A DNA stretch of 64,000 nt from the NCBI GenBank assembly GCA_902475535.1, contig CABRZR010000002.1:2124-66123 (forward strand), in the 5' to 3' direction. Below are positions 1-16,977 of this stretch, piece after piece. This DNA is from an uncultured Coriobacteriia bacterium. GTDB taxonomy: Bacteria > Actinomycetota > Coriobacteriia > Coriobacteriales > QAMH01. The translations under genes and the position numbers were made by a program. Position 1 is the first letter of the stretch, and every line of letters begins with the position of its first letter. The notes under the pieces were generated by a model. That model was not told where the DNA came from, did no database searches, and saw only the letters and a list, made by a program, of their open reading frames with translations.

Positions 1-164
1 TCGTAAACACCGACATTGCGGGTGGCTCCGTCTTCCAGCAGGTGGTGGTAAGCGCGAGTGGTGGGGGCAGCTCCATCATCTACACGGTCATGTCCGTCTT
101 CGGTGCCGTCGCCCTTGCGCTCAGCGGCGTATTCGCCCGTATCACGAGGCCGAAGAAGAGGTAG
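1..164 (+). CDS. 3' end of unidentified protein with C-terminal hydrophobic anchor and basic tail (5' end outside window)
   Basis: Frame 3 is open from the window edge to TAG 162-164. The tail reads ...SSIIYTVMSVFGAVALALSGVFARITRPKKR. No family recognised. It is absent from the ORF track because it has no start in the window. Confidence 0.3.
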   Translation, partial: VNTDIAGGSVFQQVVVSASGGGSSIIYTVMSVFGAVALALSGVFARITRPKKR

Positions 165-332
165 GGAAGGGCGTTGCATTGGGATACACGAGGGCGTCTT
201 GCCCGTCCCTCCGACTAGGCGATGCGGCCCCCATCTGCAATGACGCAGCGTCTGATTTCGGACAGCGCCCTCGCATCCAGAGCACGACCCTATTTTCGAA
301 AGCGCTCTTCGCAAAAGATGCATGACAATTCC

Positions 333-361
333 TTGCGCCCGCTCGCTCATTGCTCTATCAT
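333..361 (+). promoter_or_regulatory. candidate sigma-70-type promoter for rplJ-rplL
   Basis: TTGCGC (333-338), 17 nt spacer, TATCAT (356-361), about 180 nt upstream of rplJ. Hand scan only; weak -35. Confidence 0.25.
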
Positions 362-388
362 TCCATCTCGCATTTGTAGTTTTACCCG

Positions 389-536
389 CTACCAAAGACA
401 GCCGGTGTCCCATCCGGGACTTAAGGGAAGGCAAGCCTTCCGCCCGCCGAGGTGGTCGAACATGAATGATGCTTTAGGCATGCACTCTCGTCGGCCTCCG
501 CTGTCACGCAGCGGGGGTCGATTTGTATGAAGGGAG
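389..536 (+). promoter_or_regulatory. structured 5' leader of rplJ (possible L10-leader type autoregulatory RNA)
   Basis: Long untranslated stretch directly upstream of rplJ with hairpins GGAAGGC/GCCTTCC (426-441) and CCGCTG-TCACG-CAGCGG (498-514). rplJ operons are classically autoregulated through a leader bound by L10(L12)4. No covariance model was run. Confidence 0.3.
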
Positions 537-542
537 GTGCGC

Positions 543-1061
543 ATGCCTACACAGCAAAAAGTCGAGCAAGTTGAGAAGCTCACCGAGCTTTTCAAGAACA
601 GCGAGGGTTGCTGGTTCGTCGATGCTCGTGGCCTTACCGTCAAGGAGTCCCAGGAGCTTCGTCGCAACATTCGCGAGGGTGCCGGACAGATGCACGTCTT
701 CAAGAACAACCTCGCCGCCATCGCGCTCAAGAACCTCGACCTTCCCGAAATCCCCGAGATTCTGGCTGGCCCCACGGCCTTCGTGTTCTGCGATGGTGAC
801 GTGGCCGCTCCGGCCAAGGCTCTCAAGGACTTCGCCAAGGACCATGAGGCTCTGGAGATCAAGGGTGGCATCGTCGACGGCAAGGTCTATTCCGTCGAGG
901 AGGCACTCAAGGTCGCCGATCTGCCCAGCAAGGAGCAGCTCGTTGCCATGCTTCTGTCCACCATGCTCGCACCGGTCACGGGTCTCGCCCGTGTCTGCGC
1001 GGCGCCGGCGGAGGGTTTGGCTCGCACGATTCAGGCTATCGCAGACCAGAAGGCTGCATAG
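543..1061 (+). CDS. rplJ: 50S ribosomal protein L10
   Basis: MPTQQKVEQVEKLTELFKNSEG... L10-like sequence directly upstream of rplL. ATG 543 is preferred over GTG 537 because AGGGAGG (531-537) lies 5 nt upstream. Confidence 0.93.
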   Translation: MPTQQKVEQVEKLTELFKNSEGCWFVDARGLTVKESQELRRNIREGAGQMHVFKNNLAAIALKNLDLPEIPEILAGPTAFVFCDGDVAAPAKALKDFAKDHEALEIKGGIVDGKVYSVEEALKVADLPSKEQLVAMLLSTMLAPVTGLARVCAAPAEGLARTIQAIADQKAA

Positions 1062-1124
1062 CGCCACGTTTGTTATGTATATGCAAGGTGGCGTGATTGC
1101 CGCCGCAACTGAAAGGTTTTAGTT

Positions 1125-1505
1125 ATGACTAAGGAAGAAATTCTCGAAGGTATCAAGGGCCTGACCGCTCTCGAGCTCTCTGAGCTCGTCCATGACCTGG
1201 AGGAGGCCTTTGGCGTCTCCGCCGCCGCTCCTGTTGCCGTTGCCGCCGTTGGTGGCGCTGCTGCCGGTGGCGACGCTGGCGCTGCCGAGGAGAAGAGCGA
1301 CTTCGACGTCGTGCTCGAGTCCTTCGGCGACAACAAGATCGCTGTCATCAAGGTTGTCCGCGAGGTCACCGATCAGGGCCTCAAGGAGGCCAAGGCTCTC
1401 GTCGAGAGCGCTCCTGCCACCATCAAGGAGGGCGTGAAGAAGGACGAGGCCGAGGAGATGAAGGAGAAGTTCGAGGCTGCTGGCGCCGTCGTCACCCTCA
1501 AGTAG
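1125..1505 (+). CDS. rplL: 50S ribosomal protein L7/L12
   Basis: 126 aa. N-terminal dimerisation helix [22 protein letters not shown], an Ala/Gly hinge, and C-terminal ...[19 protein letters not shown]. Confidence 0.97.
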   Translation: MTKEEILEGIKGLTALELSELVHDLEEAFGVSAAAPVAVAAVGGAAAGGDAGAAEEKSDFDVVLESFGDNKIAVIKVVREVTDQGLKEAKALVESAPATIKEGVKKDEAEEMKEKFEAAGAVVTLK

Positions 1506-1631
1506 TCCAGAGCACGCAATCTTGGCCTTTACCGGAGGGCTCACGTACTTAGTACGCTACGCCCTCCGCTTCAGGCCAATCTCACGCACTCTGAACTACT
1601 TGTCTTTGGGTGCGCGAAACCTGCTCGAAAG

Positions 1632-1663
1632 CCCGGATTCCGTTACGGAGTCCGGGTTTTTCT
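1632..1663 (+). terminator. intrinsic terminator after rplL
   Basis: Stem CCCGGAUUCCG / CGGAGUCCGGG (1632-1656, one G-U pair, loop UUA) followed by TTTTTCTT. It is preceded by a second long hairpin CGGAGGGC...GCCCTCCG (1533-1568). Confidence 0.75.
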
Positions 1664-1724
1664 TGTGGTAGCGTTGTAACGGGGGTAATCTATATAAGGT
1701 TATGCCCAAGCGGAGGGGGAGAAC

Positions 1725-3308
1725 ATGCTCGAGAAGGCCGATCTCAAGAAACGCATCGACAAGGAAGAGTACGAGCAGCGCAAGAACGAGCTCACCGAGA
1801 AGCTCGTGCGTTTGCAGCAGCAGTGCATCCGCGAGAAGTTTCCCGTTGTCGTATGCGTGGATGGCTGGAGCGCATCGGGTAAGGGCACGAGCATCTCCAA
1901 GCTGGTAAAGGACCTCGACGCCCGTGCGTTCACCGTGTATTCGATGAACGACCCCACGGAAGACGAGTGCCGCTATCCGCTCATGAAGCGTTTCTGGGAG
2001 CGCATCGGCCAGTACGGCACCATGACCTTTTTCGACAAGAGCTGGTATTCCGAGATCATCAAGAACCTCTCGGGCATGATCAGCGGCGACAAGGGCTCCG
2101 CCCATCTGCCGCAGCCCAAGATTCGCGACCATGTCGATTACATCGTAAAGTCGCGCAATGGCCAGACGGGCCTGTTTGCCGAGTCCACCCAGATTCTCGA
2201 GGGGCAGCTCGTCGCCGATGGATACCTCATCATCAAGCTGTTCTTCCACATCAGCAAAAGGGAGCAGACCAAGCGCATCGAGGCACTCGAGGCGGATAAG
2301 AACACTGCCTGGCGCGTCAACGACGAGGATCTCTACCAGAACAAGAACTACGACAAGATCTATCCCATCATCGACAAACTGCTCGAGCTCACCGATTCCG
2401 CCGACGCCCCCTGGCATATCATCGCCGCCGAGAATCGTCGCGTGCGTCGTATCGAGTTCCTCGAGACGCTCGTCACCGAGATCGAAGAGGGCCTCGCGCG
2501 TCACGTTAAGATGAAGGAGAACCCCGTCATCATTCCCGATGACTTTCCGCTTCCGCGCACGCGCCATGACCTCGTGAAGGTGCAGTCAGTCGAGGAGATT
2601 CGCCATGACCTTACGATTGACCCCGAGGAGTACCGCAGCGAGCTCAAGAAGGAGCAGGAACGTCTCGCCACCTTGCAGCTCGAGATGTACCGCAGGCAAA
2701 TCCCGATGATGCTCGTGTTTGAGGGTTGGGATGCGGCCGGCAAAGGTGGCGCCATCAAACGCATCGCCTCTGCCCTCGATGCCCGCGATTATCGCGTCGT
2801 TCCCTCCGGTGCGCCCACCAAGCCCGAAAAGGAGCATCCCTTCCTGTGGCGTTATTGGATTAGTCTACCCAAGAGCGGGCACACCGCAATCTACGACCGC
2901 TCCTGGTACGGCCGCGTCATGGTCGAGCGTGTGGAGGGGTTCTGCACCGATTCCGATTGGCGCCGTGCCTTCGAGGAAATCAACGATTTCGAGTGGGAGA
3001 TGTTCCGCACGGGCACGTTGCTCATGAAGTTCTGGGTCAACGTGAGCCAGGACGAGCAGCTCGCGCGTTTCGAGGCGCGCAAGAACGACCCGGACAAGGC
3101 CTGGAAGCTCACCGACGAGGACTGGCGCAATCGTGAGAAGTATCCGCAGTACTGCGTGGTCATCAACGACATGCTGCGCATGACCTCGACGTACTTCGCC
3201 CCCTGGAACATCATCGAGTCCGATGACAAGAAATACGCGCGCATCAAGACGATCAAGGCCATCAACGCCGCGATCGAGGAGCGTCTGAAGCAGGACAAGA
3301 AGAGCTAG
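1725..3308 (+). CDS. ppk2: two-domain polyphosphate kinase 2 (class II PPK2 / polyphosphate:AMP phosphotransferase-like)
   Basis: 527 aa with two tandem PPK2 modules. Each has a P-loop-like motif: VCVDGWSASGKGTS in the N-terminal half and LVFEGWDAAGKGGAIK in the C-terminal half. RBS GGAGGGGGAG lies upstream. Confidence 0.85.
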   Translation: MLEKADLKKRIDKEEYEQRKNELTEKLVRLQQQCIREKFPVVVCVDGWSASGKGTSISKLVKDLDARAFTVYSMNDPTEDECRYPLMKRFWERIGQYGTMTFFDKSWYSEIIKNLSGMISGDKGSAHLPQPKIRDHVDYIVKSRNGQTGLFAESTQILEGQLVADGYLIIKLFFHISKREQTKRIEALEADKNTAWRVNDEDLYQNKNYDKIYPIIDKLLELTDSADAPWHIIAAENRRVRRIEFLETLVTEIEEGLARHVKMKENPVIIPDDFPLPRTRHDLVKVQSVEEIRHDLTIDPEEYRSELKKEQERLATLQLEMYRRQIPMMLVFEGWDAAGKGGAIKRIASALDARDYRVVPSGAPTKPEKEHPFLWRYWISLPKSGHTAIYDRSWYGRVMVERVEGFCTDSDWRRAFEEINDFEWEMFRTGTLLMKFWVNVSQDEQLARFEARKNDPDKAWKLTDEDWRNREKYPQYCVVINDMLRMTSTYFAPWNIIESDDKKYARIKTIKAINAAIEERLKQDKKS

Positions 3309-3311
3309 CCC

Positions 3312-3773
3312 ATGTCTCTAGTGGGAATCATCTCGGATACGCACGGACGCATCAGCGACGAGGCCCTCGAGGCACTCGCTGGCGTCGACTTCATCATCCA
3401 CGCTGGCGACATAGGCTCCCTGGACGTCCTCATGGAGCTCGAGGCGATAGCGCCTACCATCGCCGTGTTGGGTAACAACGACTATAACGTCGACTACGGG
3501 CCCGGCGTGCGCGAAAGCGCGACGCAGGTCATCGATGGCGTGAGGTTGTTTGTTTCGCATTATCCCAAGGATGCCGAGCGTGCAGCTGCGAGCGGGGAGT
3601 ATGACCTGGCGATTCACGGCCATACGCACGTGCCGCGTGACGAGATGCGGGATGGCTGCCGCATCATCAATCCCGGCGGCGCCTTCCGGCCGCGCTGTGG
3701 CTCCAAACGCAGTCTCGCACTCGTTGAGCTCGAGGACGGCAAGGTCGGCTCTGTGCAGAGCGTGACGGTGTAG
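3312..3773 (+). CDS. YfcE/MJ0936-family metallophosphoesterase
   Basis: 153 aa with the calcineurin-like motifs ISDTHG, HAGDIGS, GNNDY and HGHTH. Confidence 0.85.
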   Translation: MSLVGIISDTHGRISDEALEALAGVDFIIHAGDIGSLDVLMELEAIAPTIAVLGNNDYNVDYGPGVRESATQVIDGVRLFVSHYPKDAERAAASGEYDLAIHGHTHVPRDEMRDGCRIINPGGAFRPRCGSKRSLALVELEDGKVGSVQSVTV

Positions 3774-3819
3774 TGCCTGTCGCGAAACGAGCTCCTGTGC
3801 TCGCAAGCTCGCCCAGGAA

Positions 3820-4085
3820 GCCACAATACAGGGCATATCAACATGCATCTGCCAAGAAATGCGTTCCTGTGACCGTGGGCTCGACCATGACGTCACATTA
3901 CGGGACATATTCGCCAAGAAGTGTGCTTCCATGGTCATGAGTCCGACCATAGTGCCACAGTATTGGGCGCAGCAGCACATACCTGCCAAGAAATGTGCCC
4001 TCATGACCATCTGTAAAACCACGGGGCCACATTCTGAGACGCTCACTCCCTTTTCCTATTGCCAAGAAAGATGAAATGCGCATTG
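3820..4085. repeat. array A of a ~72-bp degenerate tandem repeat (core GCCAAGNAATGYGYYYYCATGRYC plus hairpin)
   Basis: GCCAAG cores at 3851, 3913, 3985 and 4061 (spacings 62, 72 and 76 nt). Units contain ATGGTC-N8-GACCAT hairpins, for example 3931-3950. Related units occur at 16350-16555 and 18005-18210. Confidence 0.8.
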
Positions 4086-4211
4086 GGCCTGACTGACGTC
4101 AAAATAAACTTAGTTTGAGATAATAAATCACCAAAAATATACCGTTTGCCGATAAATTGGGCACGTTTACGATTGTATTTGTCTTGAAACGACCGTTCAT
4201 CCAAAAACTTC

Positions 4212-4240
4212 TTGACCCCTTATACGCGCGCGCATATCCT
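4212..4240 (+). promoter_or_regulatory. candidate rpoBC promoter
   Basis: TTGACC (4212-4217), 17 nt spacer, TATCCT (4235-4240). It sits at the 3' end of an AT-rich stretch (4085-4210), 57 nt upstream of the rpoB start. Confidence 0.4.
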
Positions 4241-4296
4241 CTCGCTCGTGTATCACCCGTTTCATAGCTTTATCGGACAACTATAAGGAGGATATA

Positions 4297-8124
<3,828 letters not shown>

Positions 8125-8127
8125 GCC

Positions 8128-12546
<4,419 letters not shown>

Positions 12547-12582
12547 AATTGTCAAGCTTTTTTAGCTGCAATTTCTAAACGG

Positions 12583-12613
12583 GAATCCCCTGGTCATTGT
12601 GACCAGGGGATTC
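12583..12613 (+). terminator. perfect 13-bp stem hairpin after rpoC (terminator-like, no U-tract)
   Basis: GAATCCCCTGGTC-ATTGT-GACCAGGGGATTC, 37 nt after the rpoC stop. Confidence 0.5.
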
Positions 12614-12662
12614 GTGCGTGATAGGGCATGAAAAAGTTTGGATACACCCGGGTGCGTGGCGT

Positions 12663-12691
12663 TTGACAGTCTTGGATTGGACGGGTAGTCT
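12663..12691 (+). promoter_or_regulatory. candidate promoter of rpsL-rpsG-fusA(-rpsJ)
   Basis: Consensus TTGACA (12663-12668), 17 nt spacer, TAGTCT (12686-12691), 72 nt upstream of rpsL. Confidence 0.5.
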
Positions 12692-12762
12692 ACCGCCTTG
12701 CGCTTTTGAAACCTGCAAAAGCACTACTACGGTAAACCGGTAGCAAAACGAAAGGAACTACA

Positions 12763-13137
12763 TTGCCTACCATTAATCAGTTGGTCCGCAAGGGCCGCGC
12801 GAAGGCAGTCGACAAATCCAAGTCGCCCGCCCTCAAGGGCAATCCCCAGAAGCGTGGGGTTTGCACGCGCGTCTACACCGCAACCCCCAAGAAGCCGAAC
12901 TCGGCTCTTCGCAAGGTTGCCCGTGTCCGTCTTGTCAACGGCATGGAAGTCACCGCTTACATCCCCGGCATTGGCCACAACCTGCAGGAGCACTCGATGG
13001 TGCTCATCCGTGGCGGCCGCGTCAAGGACCTTCCCGGTGTCCGCTACAAGATCATCCGCGGTACGCTCGATACCGCTTCCGTGTCCGACCGTGCTCAGGC
13101 CCGTAGCCGCTACGGCGCCAAGAAGCCCAAGAACTAA
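12763..13137 (+). CDS. rpsL: 30S ribosomal protein S12
   Basis: [12 protein letters not shown]...[13 protein letters not shown] start after AAAGGAA. Confidence 0.97.
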   Translation: MPTINQLVRKGRAKAVDKSKSPALKGNPQKRGVCTRVYTATPKKPNSALRKVARVRLVNGMEVTAYIPGIGHNLQEHSMVLIRGGRVKDLPGVRYKIIRGTLDTASVSDRAQARSRYGAKKPKN

Positions 13138-13156
13138 AGAAAGGGGAGATTGAGAA

Positions 13157-13627
13157 ATGCCACGTCGTTCAGCTGCAGTACGCCGCGAGATTACTCCGGA
13201 TGCCGTATACAACAACCGCCTTGTCACGCAGCTCATCAACAAGATCCTGCTCGATGGCAAGCGTTCGACTGCCGAGAGCATCGTCTATGGTGCCTTTGAC
13301 ATTGTCGAGGCAAAGACCGGCGAAGATCCCCTGAGCGTCTTCAAGAAGGCCATGGACAACGTCCGCCCCACGGTTGAGGTCAAGCCCCGTCGCGTCGGTG
13401 GCGCCACGTACCAGGTCCCGACCGAGGTCAACTCCCGTCGTGCCACGACGCTCGCCATCCGCTGGATCGTCGGCTACTCGCGCGATCGCAAGGAGCGCAG
13501 CATGGCCGAGCGCCTCGCGAACGAGATCATGGACGCCTCCAATGGTCTGGGCGCATCCGTCAAGAAGCGCGAGGATGTCTACAAGATGGCCGAGTCCAAT
13601 CGCGCCTTCTCTCACTATCGCTGGTAG
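13157..13627 (+). CDS. rpsG: 30S ribosomal protein S7
   Basis: [20 protein letters not shown]...AFSHYRW. Canonical position after rpsL. Confidence 0.97.
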   Translation: MPRRSAAVRREITPDAVYNNRLVTQLINKILLDGKRSTAESIVYGAFDIVEAKTGEDPLSVFKKAMDNVRPTVEVKPRRVGGATYQVPTEVNSRRATTLAIRWIVGYSRDRKERSMAERLANEIMDASNGLGASVKKREDVYKMAESNRAFSHYRW

Positions 13628-13639
13628 GAGGTATACACA

Positions 13640-15751
13640 ATGGCAACGAAGAAAACTCCGCTCGAGGATACCCGCAATATCGGCATCATGGCCCACATCG
13701 ATGCCGGCAAGACCACCACGACCGAGCGCATCCTCTACTACACGGGCAAGACCCACAAGATCGGCGAGGTTCACGACGGCGCTGCGACCATGGACTGGAT
13801 GGTCCAGGAGCAGGAGCGCGGCGTGACCATCACCTCTGCTGCCACCACGTGCTTCTGGGAGAAGGACGGTAAGCCCTATCGCATCCAGATCATCGACACC
13901 CCGGGCCACGTTGACTTCACCTCCGAGGTCGAGCGCTCCCTGCGCGTCCTCGATGGCGCCGTCGCCGTGTTCGACGCTGTTGCCGGTGTGCAGCCGCAGT
14001 CCGAGACGGTCTGGCGCCAGGCTTCCCGCTACGAGGTTCCCCGCATCGCCTTCATCAACAAGTACGACCGCATTGGCGCTAACTACTTCCACGCGATCGA
14101 CACTATGAGGGACCGTCTGGGTGCCCACGCCATCGCCGCCCAGGTTCCCATGGGCGAGGAAGACCATTTCTGGGGCGTTATCGACCTCGTCACCATGACC
14201 GCATGGGACTTCAAGGCCGACGACAAGGGCATGACCTACCCCGAGCCCATGGACGCCATCCCCGACGAGTTCGTTGACATCGTCGAGGAGCGTCGCGCCG
14301 AGCTGCTCGAGGCTGCCGCCGATTACGACGACGAGCTCATGGAGCTCGTGCTCATGGACGAGGAGATTCCCGTCGACCTACTCAAGAAGGCCCTGCGTGC
14401 TGGCGTTCTCGCCAATGATCTCAACCTCGTGTTCGTGGGCTCCGCCTACAAGAACAAGGGCGTCCAGGAGCTGCTCGACGCCGTCGTCGACTATCTGCCC
14501 AGCCCGCTTGACGTGCCGCCTGTCGTCGGCATCAACCCCGACACGGACCAGGAGGAGGAGCGCAAGCCGTCCAACAAGGAGCCGTTTGCCTCCCTGGCAT
14601 TCAAGATCATGACCGATCCCTACGTCGGCAAGCTCACCTATCTGCGTGTCTATTCGGGCCGTCTGGATTCCGGCTCCTATGTCGTCAATGCCAACAACGG
14701 CAAGAAGGAGCGCATCGGCCGTATCCTCGAGATGCATTCCAACGAGCAGCATGACGTCGATTACTGCTCCACGGGTGACATCGTCGCAGCTGTCGGCCTC
14801 AAGAACACGACGACCGGCGAGTCCCTGTGCGATGAGGATCATCCCATCATCCTCGAGTCCATGGACTTCCCCGATCCCGTTATCGACATCGCCGTCGAGC
14901 CCAAGACCAAGGCCGAGCAGGACAAGCTCGCCGTGGGTCTGCAGAAGCTCGCCGAGGAGGATCCGACCTTCCAGGTCCACACCGACGAGGAGACCGGCCA
15001 GACCATCATCGCCGGCATGGGCGAGCTGCACCTCGAGATCATCATCGACCGCCTGACCCGCGAGTTCAAGGTCGAGGCAAACGTCGGCAAGCCGCGCGTT
15101 GCCTACCGTGAGAAGCCGGGCCATGAGGTCCTCAACGTTCAGGGCAAGTTCGTCCGCCAGTCCGGTGGTCGTGGTCAGTACGGCGACGCCATCATCAACA
15201 TGCGTCCGGGCGAGCCGGGTTCTGGCTTCACCTTCGAGAACAAGATCGTCGGCGGTGCGATTCCCAAGGAATACATCCCGTCCGTCGAGAAGGGCATCGA
15301 GGAGGCTCTGCAGAGCGGCGTCATCGCCGGTTACCCCGTCCTCGACGTCGCTGTCGAGCTCGTCGATGGTTCCTACCACGATGTCGACTCCTCCGAGGCC
15401 GCATTCAAGGTCGCTGGCTCCATGGCCATCAAGGAGGCCCTGCGCAAGTCCGATCCGATCCTGCTCGAGCCTGTCGAGAGCGTCGAGGTCGAGACGCCCA
15501 AGGAGTACATGGGCGACGTCATGGGCAACCTGAACTCCCGTCGTGGTCAGATTCAGGGCCAGGAGGAGCGTGGCACGGCTACCGCCATCATCGCGCTCGT
15601 TCCGCTGTCCGAGATGTTTGGCTACGCAACCGACCTGCGTTCTGCCACGCAGGGCCGTGCGTCCTACAACATGCAGTTCGACTCCTATCGCCCTGTTCCC
15701 AAGAGCGTGTCCGAGGAGATCATCAAGAAGGCTGGCGGCAGCGCCGAGTAG
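13640..15751 (+). CDS. fusA: elongation factor G
   Basis: 703 aa. G-domain motifs [17 protein letters not shown] and NKYD. Confidence 0.98.
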   Translation: MATKKTPLEDTRNIGIMAHIDAGKTTTTERILYYTGKTHKIGEVHDGAATMDWMVQEQERGVTITSAATTCFWEKDGKPYRIQIIDTPGHVDFTSEVERSLRVLDGAVAVFDAVAGVQPQSETVWRQASRYEVPRIAFINKYDRIGANYFHAIDTMRDRLGAHAIAAQVPMGEEDHFWGVIDLVTMTAWDFKADDKGMTYPEPMDAIPDEFVDIVEERRAELLEAAADYDDELMELVLMDEEIPVDLLKKALRAGVLANDLNLVFVGSAYKNKGVQELLDAVVDYLPSPLDVPPVVGINPDTDQEEERKPSNKEPFASLAFKIMTDPYVGKLTYLRVYSGRLDSGSYVVNANNGKKERIGRILEMHSNEQHDVDYCSTGDIVAAVGLKNTTTGESLCDEDHPIILESMDFPDPVIDIAVEPKTKAEQDKLAVGLQKLAEEDPTFQVHTDEETGQTIIAGMGELHLEIIIDRLTREFKVEANVGKPRVAYREKPGHEVLNVQGKFVRQSGGRGQYGDAIINMRPGEPGSGFTFENKIVGGAIPKEYIPSVEKGIEEALQSGVIAGYPVLDVAVELVDGSYHDVDSSEAAFKVAGSMAIKEALRKSDPILLEPVESVEVETPKEYMGDVMGNLNSRRGQIQGQEERGTATAIIALVPLSEMFGYATDLRSATQGRASYNMQFDSYRPVPKSVSEEIIKKAGGSAE

Positions 15752-15786
15752 CGCGAATCCGCTTGATATATGGAGGTTTGAGTTAA

Positions 15787-16101
15787 GTGGCCAACAAGAA
15801 GCAAAAGATTCGCATCAGGCTCAAGGGCTACGATCACGAGATCGTCGACAAGTCGACCAAGCTCATCGTCGAGACCGCAGCTAAGACCGGTGCGCGCATC
15901 AGCGGACCCATCCCGCTGCCGACCGAGCGTAACCTGTACACCGTCATCCGCTCGCCGCACGTCAACAAGGACTCGCGTGAGCAGTTCGAGATGCGTACGC
16001 ACAAGCGCCTCATCGACATCCTCGACCCGACGCCCAACACCGTCGACTCGCTCATGCGTCTCGACCTGCCGGCTGGCGTCGACATCGAGATCAAGCTCTA
16101 G
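15787..16101 (+). CDS. rpsJ: 30S ribosomal protein S10
   Basis: [21 protein letters not shown]...[17 protein letters not shown] start after GGAGG. Confidence 0.97.
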   Translation: MANKKQKIRIRLKGYDHEIVDKSTKLIVETAAKTGARISGPIPLPTERNLYTVIRSPHVNKDSREQFEMRTHKRLIDILDPTPNTVDSLMRLDLPAGVDIEIKL

Positions 16102-16145
16102 GGTATAGAGCAAGCGCCGCTACGCCATAACGCGACGGCTATCGA

Positions 16146-16186
16146 GGGGAGCGTACGCGGGGAAACCTGCGGCGCTCTCCCGTTTT
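16146..16186 (+). terminator. intrinsic terminator 1 after rpsJ
   Basis: Imperfect GC-rich hairpin GGGGAGCGTACGCGGGG-AAAC-CTGCGGCGCTCTCCC followed by GTTTTGT. Confidence 0.55.
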
Positions 16187-16223
16187 GTATCCCATGCAGC
16201 TCGCTAGGCTGCATGCAGGGGAA

Positions 16224-16257
16224 GGGGACCGTTCATCAAGAACGGCCCCCTTTCTTG
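16224..16257 (+). terminator. intrinsic terminator 2 after rpsJ
   Basis: GGGGACCGTTC-ATCAA-GAACGGCCCC (one mismatch) followed by TTTCTTGT. Confidence 0.7.
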
Positions 16258-16349
16258 TGGATGGTGCTTCTCGCGATGATGCTTTTTCGTGGGCTGCAGG
16301 TGATGTTTGCGAAGATCCCGGAATGAGGGCCGATGCAGCTTTGACCACC

Positions 16350-16555
16350 ACACCACATTTTCTGGCACTCAGCATGACTTCTGCCCAGCCATGTGCTTCT
16401 GTGGTCGTGCACTTAGTCACCAGGTCACACTCCATGGCGCTTTTGCCAAGCAATGCGCTCTCATGGTCGCCTTCCCGACCATAGTGCAGCAATTTAGGGC
16501 ACATGCATGGGATTGTGCCAAGTCATGTGTTCCCATGACCGCATTCTCAATCGCT
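16350..16555. repeat. array B of the ~72-bp repeat family
   Basis: GCCAAG cores at 16445 and 16517 (72 nt apart), plus a degenerate unit upstream. Contains hairpin ATGGTC-GCCTTCCC-GACCAT (16463-16482). The segment CACACTCCATGGCGCTTTTGCCAAGCAATGCGCTCTCATGG is nearly identical to 18089-18127. Confidence 0.8.
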
Positions 16556-16774
16556 CCATCACGAATGACTTGTAATCTGTACCTGGAAATGCACCATATC
16601 GTGCATTTTCAAAGTGACGCCTGAATATGCCGCTTCGCAATTCAATGCATATAACAAGTCGTCTGTAACGGGTTACCACCAAAAGATTAGCCACAAATGC
16701 ATATTCGTCAGCTTGTGAAGGTGCGGTTACTACTACTGGTGCGTGCAAGCACGATTCGGGCTAGAGCGCAGATT

Positions 16775-16830
16775 CGGATTTCACTCGGAAAAACGCCGGA
16801 AATCACTCGGATATCTATCGGATTTCGTTC
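16775..16830. repeat. five helically phased CGGAWWW direct repeats (11-bp period)
   Basis: CGGA starts at 16775, 16786, 16797, 16808 and 16819. The larger units CGGATTTCACTCGGA (16775-16789) and CGGAAATCACTCGGA (16797-16811) repeat at 22 bp. Confidence 0.7.
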
Positions 16831-16977
16831 AGATTGTGGGGGTGGATGGCTCGGCGGCGAATTCCATAACATGCGCGGGATAGAGCGTCCTATTAGGTTG
16901 TCGTGACGGGAGGTCGTTCTTCACGACATTTTGCGTGATAACCGGGGTGCAGCTCTAGTGCGATATGGGAGGTTAAT

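Noticed and set aside
1596-2567. Other long antisense or overlapping ORFs in the track (for example 1596-2567, 13169-14167, 14378-15379, 19706-21256, 28159-29358, 33637-34671, 48673-50184, 50282-51394, 51425-53524, 57235-58692, 61620-63530)
   Set aside because: Each lies opposite or out of frame to a gene with clear family signatures (ppk2, rpsG/fusA, rplB, secY, rplQ, tig/clpP, clpX, valS, MFS, htpG). All have Arg/Ala/Gly/Leu/Asp-rich low-information translations.
3318-4046. ORFs crossing the repeat arrays (3318-4046 minus, 3859-4074, 16139-16504, 16307-16624, 17966-18184, 18010-18264)
   Set aside because: Their translations just repeat the periodic peptide from the DNA repeat (AKKCA.M, HCLAKAPW and so on). 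They overlap one another on both strands and have no RBS.
3820-4085. Possibility that the GCCAAG...CATGG repeat arrays are CRISPR arrays
   Set aside because: Repeat spacing is irregular (62, 72 and 76 nt). The inter-core segments are themselves similar between units, so they are not unique spacers. The units are degenerate rather than identical, one unit is inverted, and no cas genes are present.
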